DNA of 64,000 nt from the NCBI GenBank assembly GCA_041659045.1, contig JBAZZB010000004.1, forward strand, positions 28,129-92,128. The letters run 5' to 3'. The notes beneath the pieces were generated by a model that was given only the letters and a program-made list of their open reading frames with translations, was not told the origin of the DNA and ran no database searches. Positions 55,406 to 64,000 of the stretch are shown here, in pieces. The position numbers were made by a program, and so were the translations under genes. The stretch comes from Patescibacteria group bacterium. Lineage in GTDB: Bacteria > Patescibacteriota > Patescibacteriia > SG8-24 > DYFX01. How positions within the stretch are numbered: position 1 is the stretch's first letter; each line of letters opens with the position of its first letter.

Positions 55406-58288
55406 ATGAATTTTTTCCAGCGCCTTCACGTCAAACTTAACCTCCTCTTCTCCGGGAAGAGGAGGATTTGGCGTCTGATGGCGCTCGGTGCATTGGCTGT
55501 CGTTGGCTTCGCGCTCCCTGGTGTTGTACAAGCGGCTGGCTGTGGCTTGAGCAGTCCTGAAATCTGTATCGCGACGATCTTCGTCTGGATCTTCCAGAGA
55601 CTCACGGCGCTCATGGGGTTCATTTTGATCATGGAGGTGGACGCGTTGATCCGTGTGGCGGGGTACTTCAACTTCGTCTCACCGGGTCCGACGGCTGTCC
55701 GTATTGGTTGGGTCGTGACGCGCGACTTGGCGAACATGTTCTTCATCGTGTTCCTCATGATCATCGCCTTCAGCACGGTCATCGGGTACTCCAAGTACCA
55801 CTATGAGCAGACGTTGAAGAAACTTCTGATCATGGCGGTTATCATCAACTTTTCGAAGACGATCGTTGGTTTGATGATCGATATCAGCCAGGTGGTGATG
55901 CTCTCGTTCGTGAACGGTTTCCGTGCTGCGGCGGCGGGTAACTTCATGAACGCATTCCAAATCAATAAGCTGCTCGCGCTTGGCGACGGTCCAGCCGAGT
56001 ACAATTTCGGTTTGGTGCTCGCCATGATGCTGGCCTTCATTTTGGCCGCCATCGCCGCGTGCGTCGTGCTCGTCATGCTCGTCATGCTCGTTTTCCGCGT
56101 CATCATGCTGTGGGTACTGATCATTCTCTCTCCCATCGCGTTTTTGACAGCGGCATTTCCTTTGAGCGGCGGCTACTACGCGCAATGGTGGGGCGAACTC
56201 AAAAAATACCTTATCGGCGGTCCTGTTGTCGCTTTCTTCTTGTGGTTGGCGCTGGCAACGGCGCAACAAACGGCGGGAAACCTTTCGTCTCCGCAAGAAG
56301 GCTGGGGCGTGCAATCGGCGGCCTCTGCTCAGGAAGTCGAAGGCCAAGCCACAAAGTCGCAAATCCCAAGCGAAGCCGGACGCACCGACACGATTCTCAG
56401 CATGGTGATTGTTTGCTGCATCATGTTCGCGGGTTTGAAGTTCGCGGCTGATCCGGCCATCAGCGGCTTGGCATCAGGCTTCGCTGGTAAGGTGAAAGGA
56501 AAAGCTGTTTCCGCATTGCGCGCTGGTACCGTTGGCGTTGCCGGGTATGGTTTGAAGCGCGCCGCGGAGCCTGTGATGACGACCGTCGGCAAGGGATTGG
56601 CGCGCGTGCCGCTGGTTGGTGCCGCGGGCCGCTACATGGCGCTGAAGGGAGAGGGGATGAAGAAGGCGCGTCTTGCTGGGCGTGAGAAGATGTTTGGCGG
56701 CGCGGAAGATATGGCGCGTCTCAGCCCCGGAGCCTTTACGAGGAAACTTGGCGGCTTGAAAGACCCTAGGGAGATCGACAAGTACATGAAGATCGCGAGC
56801 GCGAATCCTGATTTGATGGCGAGTCTCGCCCCAAAGGAATCAATTAATCCGCTGACAGGCAAGCGAGAGATAAAGGGTGTTGGCCGTGATGTGATGAAGC
56901 AATGGGCTTCGAGCGACAGCCCAGCTGCCGCGAAGTTCATGATGGGCGACGCGCGTTCGAAAGCTTGGTTGAAGAATGATCCGGAGCTTCTCAAGCAGAC
57001 GTATGACGGTCTGAAAGATACGGCCGAGAAGGATCCGAATCGCAAAAAAGATCTTAGTGAGTTCGAGCAGAAAATGGCTGTTCCGTTGCAGAAGAACGGC
57101 ATGTTCGGAAATATCCCGTCTGTTGTCAAAGAAAAACTCGCAGGACTTGTTCCGAAGATGTCCGCTGATGACTTTAAGGATGTCGCGGGCTCTGACATGG
57201 GCACGTTCATGGAGCACATGACGGGCAAACAGTTCCGGGAAATGGCCGTGGACGGAAAGACCGACCAGCAACTCGGCATGTCTTCTGAGCTGGCCAAAAT
57301 GCCGAAGGACAAGGCCCTCGAATTCATGCGTGAACGCGGTTTGAACGCCACCGAAGTTCCTGATTCTTGGTATTCCAACGAGCACGTTGCGGATTACGTC
57401 TTGGCCTCCACGTCCGGCAAGGCTGAAGCACGCGGCAAAATCATGGCAGATGAGACGCGTGCGAAAGCGCTGCAAGATGCTGCGAAGCGCGGACTGTCCG
57501 GCCCGAACGCACCGACTGACGATAACAAGCGCGCGGCCGCGGCTGTGCAGGCGATGTCGGTTGGGGCTCTTAAGGTCAGCGACCTGGATGTTGGTGATGC
57601 CAGCGGCAAGACGCTTCGAGACGTGCTTAGCCGTAGTGGAGACACGGCAGCGATCGCTCGCAATATCGACAAGGACGATCCTGATCAGTTGGCTGTCGGA
57701 CGCGAAATCTTCAAGACGATCATGGGTCAAGATCCGACTCGTGCTCGCAACTTGAGCAAGAATGATCTCTATAACAAGCTCCTGCCTTCAAAAGCAGAAA
57801 TTGACGCCGCTGTCACGGCCGCCGCTGCCGCGCAAGCGGCTGGAGTAGCCCAAGTCAAAACGACTGAAAGGGAAGTTGAACGTAGGGGATTGGCGGGAGA
57901 TGCGGTGAACGTGAAGGCCGACCTTTCTGGACAACTGAAGGCGTTGCAAGACGCGATTCATGAGGATCGCCTGGCTGGACGTCCTACGGCTACAAAAGAA
58001 CAGCAGGCAGATCAGGTCGCGAAAGCGATGCAGGACCTCACGCGCGCGACAGAACAGCGTGCGAACGCTGAACAAGAATTGGCGCAGGAGATGCAGAGGC
58101 TTTCCGTTGCCAGCTCTACTGGCGGTGATGCGGCAGCGATTCAAAGCGCCGTCGACCGCTTGAAGAAAGGTATTCAAGACCTGGATTCAACGTTGGCCAA
58201 GCAGGTCGCGACAATTAAAGGTATTAAGTTCGATGAAGGTGGTGGCGGCGGTCGCAAGAACCGCGGCGGCGGGGGAGGACGCGTATGA
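55406..58288 (+). CDS. VirB6/TrbL-like polytopic membrane protein with long C-terminal tail
   Basis: GW...RDLANMFFI, INFSK, R...LW.L.ILSP.AF...P.....WW; position next to PrgI and VirB4. Confidence 0.75.
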   Translation: MNFFQRLHVKLNLLFSGKRRIWRLMALGALAVVGFALPGVVQAAGCGLSSPEICIATIFVWIFQRLTALMGFILIMEVDALIRVAGYFNFVSPGPTAVRIGWVVTRDLANMFFIVFLMIIAFSTVIGYSKYHYEQTLKKLLIMAVIINFSKTIVGLMIDISQVVMLSFVNGFRAAAAGNFMNAFQINKLLALGDGPAEYNFGLVLAMMLAFILAAIAACVVLVMLVMLVFRVIMLWVLIILSPIAFLTAAFPLSGGYYAQWWGELKKYLIGGPVVAFFLWLALATAQQTAGNLSSPQEGWGVQSAASAQEVEGQATKSQIPSEAGRTDTILSMVIVCCIMFAGLKFAADPAISGLASGFAGKVKGKAVSALRAGTVGVAGYGLKRAAEPVMTTVGKGLARVPLVGAAGRYMALKGEGMKKARLAGREKMFGGAEDMARLSPGAFTRKLGGLKDPREIDKYMKIASANPDLMASLAPKESINPLTGKREIKGVGRDVMKQWASSDSPAAAKFMMGDARSKAWLKNDPELLKQTYDGLKDTAEKDPNRKKDLSEFEQKMAVPLQKNGMFGNIPSVVKEKLAGLVPKMSADDFKDVAGSDMGTFMEHMTGKQFREMAVDGKTDQQLGMSSELAKMPKDKALEFMRERGLNATEVPDSWYSNEHVADYVLASTSGKAEARGKIMADETRAKALQDAAKRGLSGPNAPTDDNKRAAAAVQAMSVGALKVSDLDVGDASGKTLRDVLSRSGDTAAIARNIDKDDPDQLAVGREIFKTIMGQDPTRARNLSKNDLYNKLLPSKAEIDAAVTAAAAAQAAGVAQVKTTEREVERRGLAGDAVNVKADLSGQLKALQDAIHEDRLAGRPTATKEQQADQVAKAMQDLTRATEQRANAEQELAQEMQRLSVASSTGGDAAAIQSAVDRLKKGIQDLDSTLAKQVATIKGIKFDEGGGGGRKNRGGGGGRV

Positions 58289-60036
58289 TCGCCACTGACG
58301 TCCTGCAGCGGAAAATCGATGCGCTGCCGGAGCCGGTACTCGACTACCTGTATTCGGAGCGCGCTGGCGAACTCAACTTGCAGGTGATTGAGAAGCATCA
58401 GCTGACGGAGAAGCAGGAGGAGACGTATTTTCAGATCCTGCGCGAGCTGTTCGTCAAAGATTTGCCGCTTGAACGCTTGATCATCGAGCTCAAAGAGCGG
58501 CTCGAGCTTGATGATACGAAAGCGAAAGCACTCGCGATTGATATCGCTGGGTTTCGCTTGTTGCCGCTCGACAAGTGGCTTGCGGATATCAGCACGTTTT
58601 TGCGAGCGCTTGGTGCTGACCCGAAAACATTCCCAAATCTGCGCGTTGCGATCGCGCGCCGCACGGTTGATGAGGCGGCTGCGGAGATCGCGACGTCCGT
58701 GGCCTCGACGCCGGACGACCACTTGCACAACAGATTAGAGAACGTCGTTGAATCGGTGTTGGCTGGTGTACGCACCGAAGCGCAAGCGGCGGATGTGTTG
58801 ACGCGCCCGGAAAAAATTGGCGGCGTCGGTCTTGAACCGAAAGAAGCCGAGCGCGTTCTTGAAGAAATTCGCGAAGAATCGCGCAGTGTCATTTTGGATC
58901 AAAGTGTTCCGGAAGTTGAAAAAAAAGAAGAAGAAGCGCCAGTCGCCGCGGTTTCCGCTCCCGTCAAAGCGAAAGACGAAGGTCTTACGCTGACGCCAGA
59001 GGACGCAGTTGAACTCGCTCAATTCAAAAAAACCGCACCATCAAAAGATATTGATACGATGGTGCAGGAGATTTATTTTGCCTCCGGCCTCGCGACAGAA
59101 GACGAAGCGATGGCGAAACGCGTCAAAACGGTTATTGGCAACCGCTTGCGCGATGTGCGCGATCAAATGGAAACGCTCGAGATCATGACCCAGCCGAAGG
59201 AGCTGGGTGGCTTGAGCATGAGTCAAGACTCAGCGCGCGCTTTGCTCAACACGATTCAATCGCGGTTGCGAAAAACGGATGCGGTCGCGCAGGCCAAGGT
59301 GCAGACGGAAAAAGCGAAATGGGTTGAAACCGAGCGCGTGCAAAAGGCGCAGAACGAAACGCAAACCAACGTCGATCAAAAGACGGAGCTTGAGCGTTTG
59401 TATCAGAGCATTGTCACGAAATCGAAGAAGGCGACGGCTAACGCGCCTACGCAGCCAACTGTCGTGGCGCCGGTACTCGATACCAAATCTGCCGCTCCGG
59501 CTAATCTTCCGATTTCTGCAGCGAGCCCTGTTCCACCCGACTTCAGAGCACCCGCTTCTCCGCCTGAGCCGCCAGCTCCCGTGGTCGCGCGTCCGCCGCT
59601 TCCACCCCCCGCCACAATAGTGAAACCGACCCCGGCTGTCCCAACCGCCCCGACTTTTAGTGCGACGAGCTTTGCTCAGCGACCCAAGCTTGAAGACGTT
59701 AAAGCTGCGCCAAAGTTGACGGGGCCTGTCGAAGAGCTGCGTGCGATCACAATCGTCGATTTCCGTCGCCTTTCCAAGGATCCGAAGGAAGCGTGCATGA
59801 AGATCAAGGATAAAATTGATCTTCTGGGCGATCAGTCCTATACCCGCCGTAGCGAAGGGATTTCCGCGTGGACCACGTCGGAAGTAACGCGTACGTACCT
59901 TGAATTGATGCGCGAAAGCTTAAACGGCACGCCTCTCCCCGAGGCAATTTCAGCCCGAGAAGCCGCTAAAAAACCGGTGCTGACGGCTGATGAGTTCCGA
60001 GCCGTGGCCGAGCTGAGCCGTCAGATGCGGTATTAA
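58285..60036 (+). CDS. Hypothetical protein of the T4SS-like cluster (Pro-rich linker)
   Basis: 583 aa, repeated GG.GL/GGL motif, GPVEELR...DFRRL; translationally coupled to upstream gene. Confidence 0.8.
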   Translation: MIATDVLQRKIDALPEPVLDYLYSERAGELNLQVIEKHQLTEKQEETYFQILRELFVKDLPLERLIIELKERLELDDTKAKALAIDIAGFRLLPLDKWLADISTFLRALGADPKTFPNLRVAIARRTVDEAAAEIATSVASTPDDHLHNRLENVVESVLAGVRTEAQAADVLTRPEKIGGVGLEPKEAERVLEEIREESRSVILDQSVPEVEKKEEEAPVAAVSAPVKAKDEGLTLTPEDAVELAQFKKTAPSKDIDTMVQEIYFASGLATEDEAMAKRVKTVIGNRLRDVRDQMETLEIMTQPKELGGLSMSQDSARALLNTIQSRLRKTDAVAQAKVQTEKAKWVETERVQKAQNETQTNVDQKTELERLYQSIVTKSKKATANAPTQPTVVAPVLDTKSAAPANLPISAASPVPPDFRAPASPPEPPAPVVARPPLPPPATIVKPTPAVPTAPTFSATSFAQRPKLEDVKAAPKLTGPVEELRAITIVDFRRLSKDPKEACMKIKDKIDLLGDQSYTRRSEGISAWTTSEVTRTYLELMRESLNGTPLPEAISAREAAKKPVLTADEFRAVAELSRQMRY

Positions 60037-60072
60037 GGGGCGGTGCTAGGCAAACTGTGGTAAAATAAAGCC

Positions 60073-60501
60073 ATGTCCCAGTTCGTCGTTCCGCAATTCA
60101 TCGACGTCGAGGATAAGATCCTCGGCCCTATCACGACGCGCCAATTCGCCATCTTGATGGTCGATGGCCTCGTGATGTTTATCTTGTACAAGCTGCTCAG
60201 CTTGCCGTTCGCAATCTTGTTTGATGTGTTGCTGCTGACGTCGGGTATTGTCTTGGCCTTCGTACGCATTAACGGTCAGCCGTTCCACTATTTCCTGCTG
60301 AACGTCTTTCAAACGTGGAAGCGCCCTCATGTGCGCGTGTGGAACAAGGAAATGAGCGACGCGGAAATTATCGCGTTGTCCAAAGTCGAATTGCCGCCCC
60401 CACCCGTCGCCAAGCCGTATAAGGAAGCGCTGACGACGTCGCGTCTTTCCGAATTGGCCCTGATCGTGAACACGGGAGGCGTCTACAAACCCGAGGATTG
60501 A
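60073..60501 (+). CDS. PrgI-family (VirB3-like) protein
   Basis: QFVVPQFIDVEDKILGPIT.RQF, two TMs, AF..ING.P. Confidence 0.88.
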   Translation: MSQFVVPQFIDVEDKILGPITTRQFAILMVDGLVMFILYKLLSLPFAILFDVLLLTSGIVLAFVRINGQPFHYFLLNVFQTWKRPHVRVWNKEMSDAEIIALSKVELPPPPVAKPYKEALTTSRLSELALIVNTGGVYKPED

Positions 60502-60520
60502 CCGTCTTCCAGGAGGATCT

Positions 60521-61225
60521 ATGGCGCAGAAACAAGAACAACTGATGCAGAGTAAAAAACTCGCGGGTGGCAAGCCAGCCAACTCCACCCAGCGGTTTTT
60601 GGACGTCGCCGAAATCCGCGAAGACGTCGTCGTCATGAAGGACGGCACGATGCGCGTCGTGCTTCTCGTTTCAAGCCTGAACTTCTCTTTGAAATCAGAA
60701 GACGAACAGGAGGCGATTATTCAGGGATACATTTCGTTCCTGAATTCGCTCGACGCGCCGATCCAAATTCAAATCCAATCGCGCAAACTGAACGTCGACG
60801 ACTATTTGAACCGACTCAAGGAGCAGGAGAAGACACAAACCAACGAATTGCTGCGCTCCCAGATCAACGACTACCGACAGTTCGTCAAAGAGCTGGTCGA
60901 GCTCGGCGAGATCATGCAAAAAAAGTTTTTCGTGATCGTGCCGTACAATCCGGCGTCTTCGAAGCGCAAGGGGTTCTTCTCTCGCATGTCGGAAGTCCTG
61001 ACGCCGCTCGTTTCGGCGCGTTTGCGCGAAGAGCAGTTCCGCCAGCGCAAGAAGGACGTCATGGTGAAGGTCGATTCAGTCCGGGCCGGCCTCAACTCGA
61101 TGGGGCTGACCAGCGTCATGCTTGATACGCAAGGGCTGATCGAGCTGTACTACACCGCCTACAATCCGCAATCGATGGAGACGCAGAAGCTCGAAAAAAT
61201 GGACGCGTTACGCGTCGAAGCCTGA
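60521..61225 (+). CDS. TraC/VirB4 N-terminal-like protein
   Basis: STQ.FL.VAEIR..VVV.KDG, NFSLKSEDEQ, FLNSL..PIQI, KKFFVIVP. Confidence 0.78.
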   Translation: MAQKQEQLMQSKKLAGGKPANSTQRFLDVAEIREDVVVMKDGTMRVVLLVSSLNFSLKSEDEQEAIIQGYISFLNSLDAPIQIQIQSRKLNVDDYLNRLKEQEKTQTNELLRSQINDYRQFVKELVELGEIMQKKFFVIVPYNPASSKRKGFFSRMSEVLTPLVSARLREEQFRQRKKDVMVKVDSVRAGLNSMGLTSVMLDTQGLIELYYTAYNPQSMETQKLEKMDALRVEA

Positions 61226-61228
61226 CCT

Positions 61229-63154
61229 ATGGCCTTCAATCCCACCACGGCCACGCGTGAAGCTGCTGCTCCGAAAGAGGAGAAGCAGAAAATGTCGGCT
61301 GAAGAAAAAAAACGCCTCGCGCAGGAAGAGCGCATCAAGCTTGAAGAGGAGCGCATCTACCGCAAGGGTGTCGTCACGCTGCGCGACTTGATCGCGCCGG
61401 CGGCCTTTGAGGTCAAATCAAACCTGGTGCGCTTGGGCGATCTCTACGCGCGCACGGTCTTCGTCGTCACCTATCCGAGATATCTTTCACTTGGCTGGTT
61501 CACGCCGATCATCAACTTTTCGGCAACGATGGACGTCGGCATGTTCTTCTATCCCGTCCAGCCGGAAATCATTTTGAAACAATTGAAGAACAAGGTCGGT
61601 ATTTTGGAGGCGCAAATTTTGGGTGACGCTGAAAAAGGCGCCGCGCGCGATCCGCTTCGTGAAACGGCGCTGCGCGACATCGAAAAACTGCGCGACGACC
61701 TGACGCAGGGGATCGAGCATTTTTTCCAATTCGCGCTGTACGTCACGGTGTTCGCGCCTTCGGAAAAGGAACTCGATGATCTGACCAACCAGGTTGAGGG
61801 CATGTTCGGTTCGAAGCTGATCTACACCAAGCGCGTGCTCTACCAGTCGGAGCAGGGTTTCAACTCGACGCTGCCGTCCGGCAATGACGAGCTCATGATC
61901 ACCTTCAACATGAACACGAGCCCGATCGCTTCGGGTTTCCCGTTCGTGTCCGCCGACCTGACATCCGACAACGGCATTCTTTACGGCATCAACCGCCACA
62001 ACAACAGCCTGATTCTCTTCGATCGTTTTTCGCTGCAAAACGCCAACGCTGTCGTTTTCGCAACGTCCGGTGCTGGTAAAAGCTACACCGTGAAGCTTGA
62101 AGTGTTGCGTTCGCTCATGATCGGCACCGAGGTCATCATCATCGACCCGGAAATGGAATATAAGCACCTCTCCGACGCGGTCGGCGGTACGTATATCAAC
62201 ATTTCGCTGGCTTCCGAATCGAAGCTCAACATTTTCGATCTACCGCGCCCGATGGGGGAGGAAGTACGCTCCGAAGACATCATCCGCTCCGCCGTCATTA
62301 CGGTGAAAGGCCTCATGCGCATCATGTTCGGAAGCGTTACGACGTCCGAAGACTCGATCATCGACCGCGCTCTGCTCGAAACGTACGCCAAGAAAGATAT
62401 TGTTCCCGGTGTCGACCTCGCGACGATCGAGCCGCCGATTCTTTCCGACTTCCAACAGGTGCTCGAGGGTATCACTGGTACGGAAGATTTGCAGATCAAG
62501 CTTCGCAAATACACCGAAGGCACCTTCTCCGGACTCCTCAACTCGCCGACGACGATCGAGATGAAGAACAAGCTCGTGGTCTTCAGCGTGCGCGATCTTG
62601 AGGACGAACTGCGCCCACTCGGCGTCTACACCATCGTCAACTACATCTGGAACGTCGTCCGCTCGGAACGCAAAAAGCGTATTCTTGTGATCGATGAAGC
62701 ATGGTGGCTCATGCAAAACGACGACTCGGCGAAGTTCATTTTCGCCCTGGTCAAGCGCTGCCGAAAATACTTCCTCGGTGTCACAACGATCACACAGGAC
62801 GTCAACGACTTCTTGCGCTCGCCCTATGGTCAAGCCATCGTCACCAACTCCGCGCTCCAGGTGCTCCTCAAGCAGTCTCCAGCCTCAATCGATCTCGTTC
62901 AAAAGACATTCTTGCTGACAGAAGGCGAGAAGTACCTGCTGCTTGAAGCGGGCGTCGGTGAAGGTATCTTCTTTGCTGGGTCGAGACACGCCGCCATCAA
63001 AGTGGTCGCCTCCTACTCAGAAGATCAGATCATCACGTCTGACCCGCGGCAATTGCTCGAAATCGAGAACGCCAAGAAAGAACTCGATGAGCAACTGCTC
63101 CAGGCCTCCGAGAATTCTGGGACGACCGCGAATCCTGCTCAGCAACCCGCATAA
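61229..63154 (+). CDS. virB4: VirB4-like type IV secretion ATPase
   Basis: Walker A ATSGAGKS, IIDPE.EY, Walker B ILVIDEAW, KR.RKY, ITQDV.DFL. Confidence 0.88.
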   Translation: MAFNPTTATREAAAPKEEKQKMSAEEKKRLAQEERIKLEEERIYRKGVVTLRDLIAPAAFEVKSNLVRLGDLYARTVFVVTYPRYLSLGWFTPIINFSATMDVGMFFYPVQPEIILKQLKNKVGILEAQILGDAEKGAARDPLRETALRDIEKLRDDLTQGIEHFFQFALYVTVFAPSEKELDDLTNQVEGMFGSKLIYTKRVLYQSEQGFNSTLPSGNDELMITFNMNTSPIASGFPFVSADLTSDNGILYGINRHNNSLILFDRFSLQNANAVVFATSGAGKSYTVKLEVLRSLMIGTEVIIIDPEMEYKHLSDAVGGTYINISLASESKLNIFDLPRPMGEEVRSEDIIRSAVITVKGLMRIMFGSVTTSEDSIIDRALLETYAKKDIVPGVDLATIEPPILSDFQQVLEGITGTEDLQIKLRKYTEGTFSGLLNSPTTIEMKNKLVVFSVRDLEDELRPLGVYTIVNYIWNVVRSERKKRILVIDEAWWLMQNDDSAKFIFALVKRCRKYFLGVTTITQDVNDFLRSPYGQAIVTNSALQVLLKQSPASIDLVQKTFLLTEGEKYLLLEAGVGEGIFFAGSRHAAIKVVASYSEDQIITSDPRQLLEIENAKKELDEQLLQASENSGTTANPAQQPA

Positions 63155-63159
63155 CGCCT

Positions 63160-63762
63160 ATGACCCCACGCCGCCGCGCCATTCTGATCATCACGCTCGC
63201 CGTGCTCCTGCTCGGCGTGATTATCGTTGCCGTTATTCTCGTGACGCGCGCTCTTCCGAAAAAAACAACGCCGATTCCCGTTGGGCAAGATACGAGCGTG
63301 CCGACACCGGAGCAGGAAGCGGCAGCGTCAATCATTAAAAATCCTCTGGTTCCCGCCGTGACGCAGCCTGTCGGCCGAACGGCTGCTGCGCAGATGGGCG
63401 AACTGTTTGCCGAACGCTATGGCAGCTATTCGAATCAGGGCGATTTCCAGAACTTGCGCGACCTCTTGCCCGTCATGACCGCCAAGTATCGTTTGCAGAC
63501 GGAAACCTCGCTCGCCGCCGCCAAGCCGCAGCAGGGACAGACGTTCGAAGGTGTGACGAGCGTGAAAATTTCCAGCGAAGTGCGCACCTATAATGAAGCA
63601 GGTGGAACCGCGGTTGTGGCCGTGACACTTCAGCAGGAAAAAGTTTCCGGCACGTCAACCGTCGTCGGTTACCGTACGCTCCGCATGGAGTTGAAGAAAG
63701 TCGGCGAAGACTGGCGTGTTGACTCCTCGCGCTGGGAAAACGAATTGACACCCGCAAGCTGA
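63160..63762 (+). CDS. Membrane-anchored hypothetical protein (possibly VirB8/NTF2-like)
   Basis: TM, Pro-rich linker, FAERYGSYS, C-terminal LKKVGEDWRVD strand. Confidence 0.65.
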   Translation: MTPRRRAILIITLAVLLLGVIIVAVILVTRALPKKTTPIPVGQDTSVPTPEQEAAASIIKNPLVPAVTQPVGRTAAAQMGELFAERYGSYSNQGDFQNLRDLLPVMTAKYRLQTETSLAAAKPQQGQTFEGVTSVKISSEVRTYNEAGGTAVVAVTLQQEKVSGTSTVVGYRTLRMELKKVGEDWRVDSSRWENELTPAS

Positions 63763-63782
63763 ATCCCGTAGGACGCGCCCGT

Positions 63783-64000
63783 ATGATCGGGCGCGTTTTT
63801 GATTTTATTTTTCCTCTTGAATGCATCGCTTGCGGCGCGTCGGGTTCGCATTGTTGCGAAAGCTGCTTGTCCTCCGTGCCGATGTTGCCAAGATTTTGGA
63901 AAGAACCGGAGCTACGCGCCTCGGCGGCTTTTGCCTACGGGCATCCACTTGTACGTCGCTTGTTGCATGATCTGAAATTCGAACAATGGTCGTGTGCCGA
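63783..64000 (+). CDS. comF: ComF-family protein, 5' part (runs off window end)
   Basis: Manual translation MIGRVFDFIFPLECIACG...CESC...AAFAYGHPLVRRLLHDLKF. Confidence 0.82.
   Translation, partial: MIGRVFDFIFPLECIACGASGSHCCESCLSSVPMLPRFWKEPELRASAAFAYGHPLVRRLLHDLKFEQWSCA

Overview
A GC-rich bacterial chromosome segment that looks like Patescibacteria/CPR (inferred, probably Uhrbacteria-like: GAGC lipobox, short housekeeping proteins, PrgI/VirB4/VirB6 cluster among core genes). It uses the standard genetic code. It contains housekeeping genes (rplS, cmk, RluA/RluD family, valS, tyrS, argS, nusA, yidC, groES/groEL with CIRCE, frameshifted prfB, tsaC, rsmA, comF) and four tRNAs, including an unusual tRNA-Ile(UAU). 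A copper-homeostasis cluster (HMA-membrane-cupredoxin protein, CopZ, CopA, multicopper oxidase, CopB, then DsbA) has no visible regulator. A relaxase-free T4SS-like cluster is headed by a 2955-aa Cys-rich secreted protein. The most unusual structures are: (1) a ~350-bp GIY-YIG unit bounded by a duplicated tRNA-Val 5' half, whose ORF stops inside the tRNA, with 16-nt hairpins inserted at CG sites only in the tRNA fragments; (2) seven membrane-anchored ORFans between valS and tyrS, joined by a repeated module that fuses stop codon, terminator and sigma70 promoter around TTGAC; (3) two candidate ribosome-arrest leader ORFs, ahead of the copper operon and of dsbA; (4) near-leaderless core genes versus SD-led ORFans.
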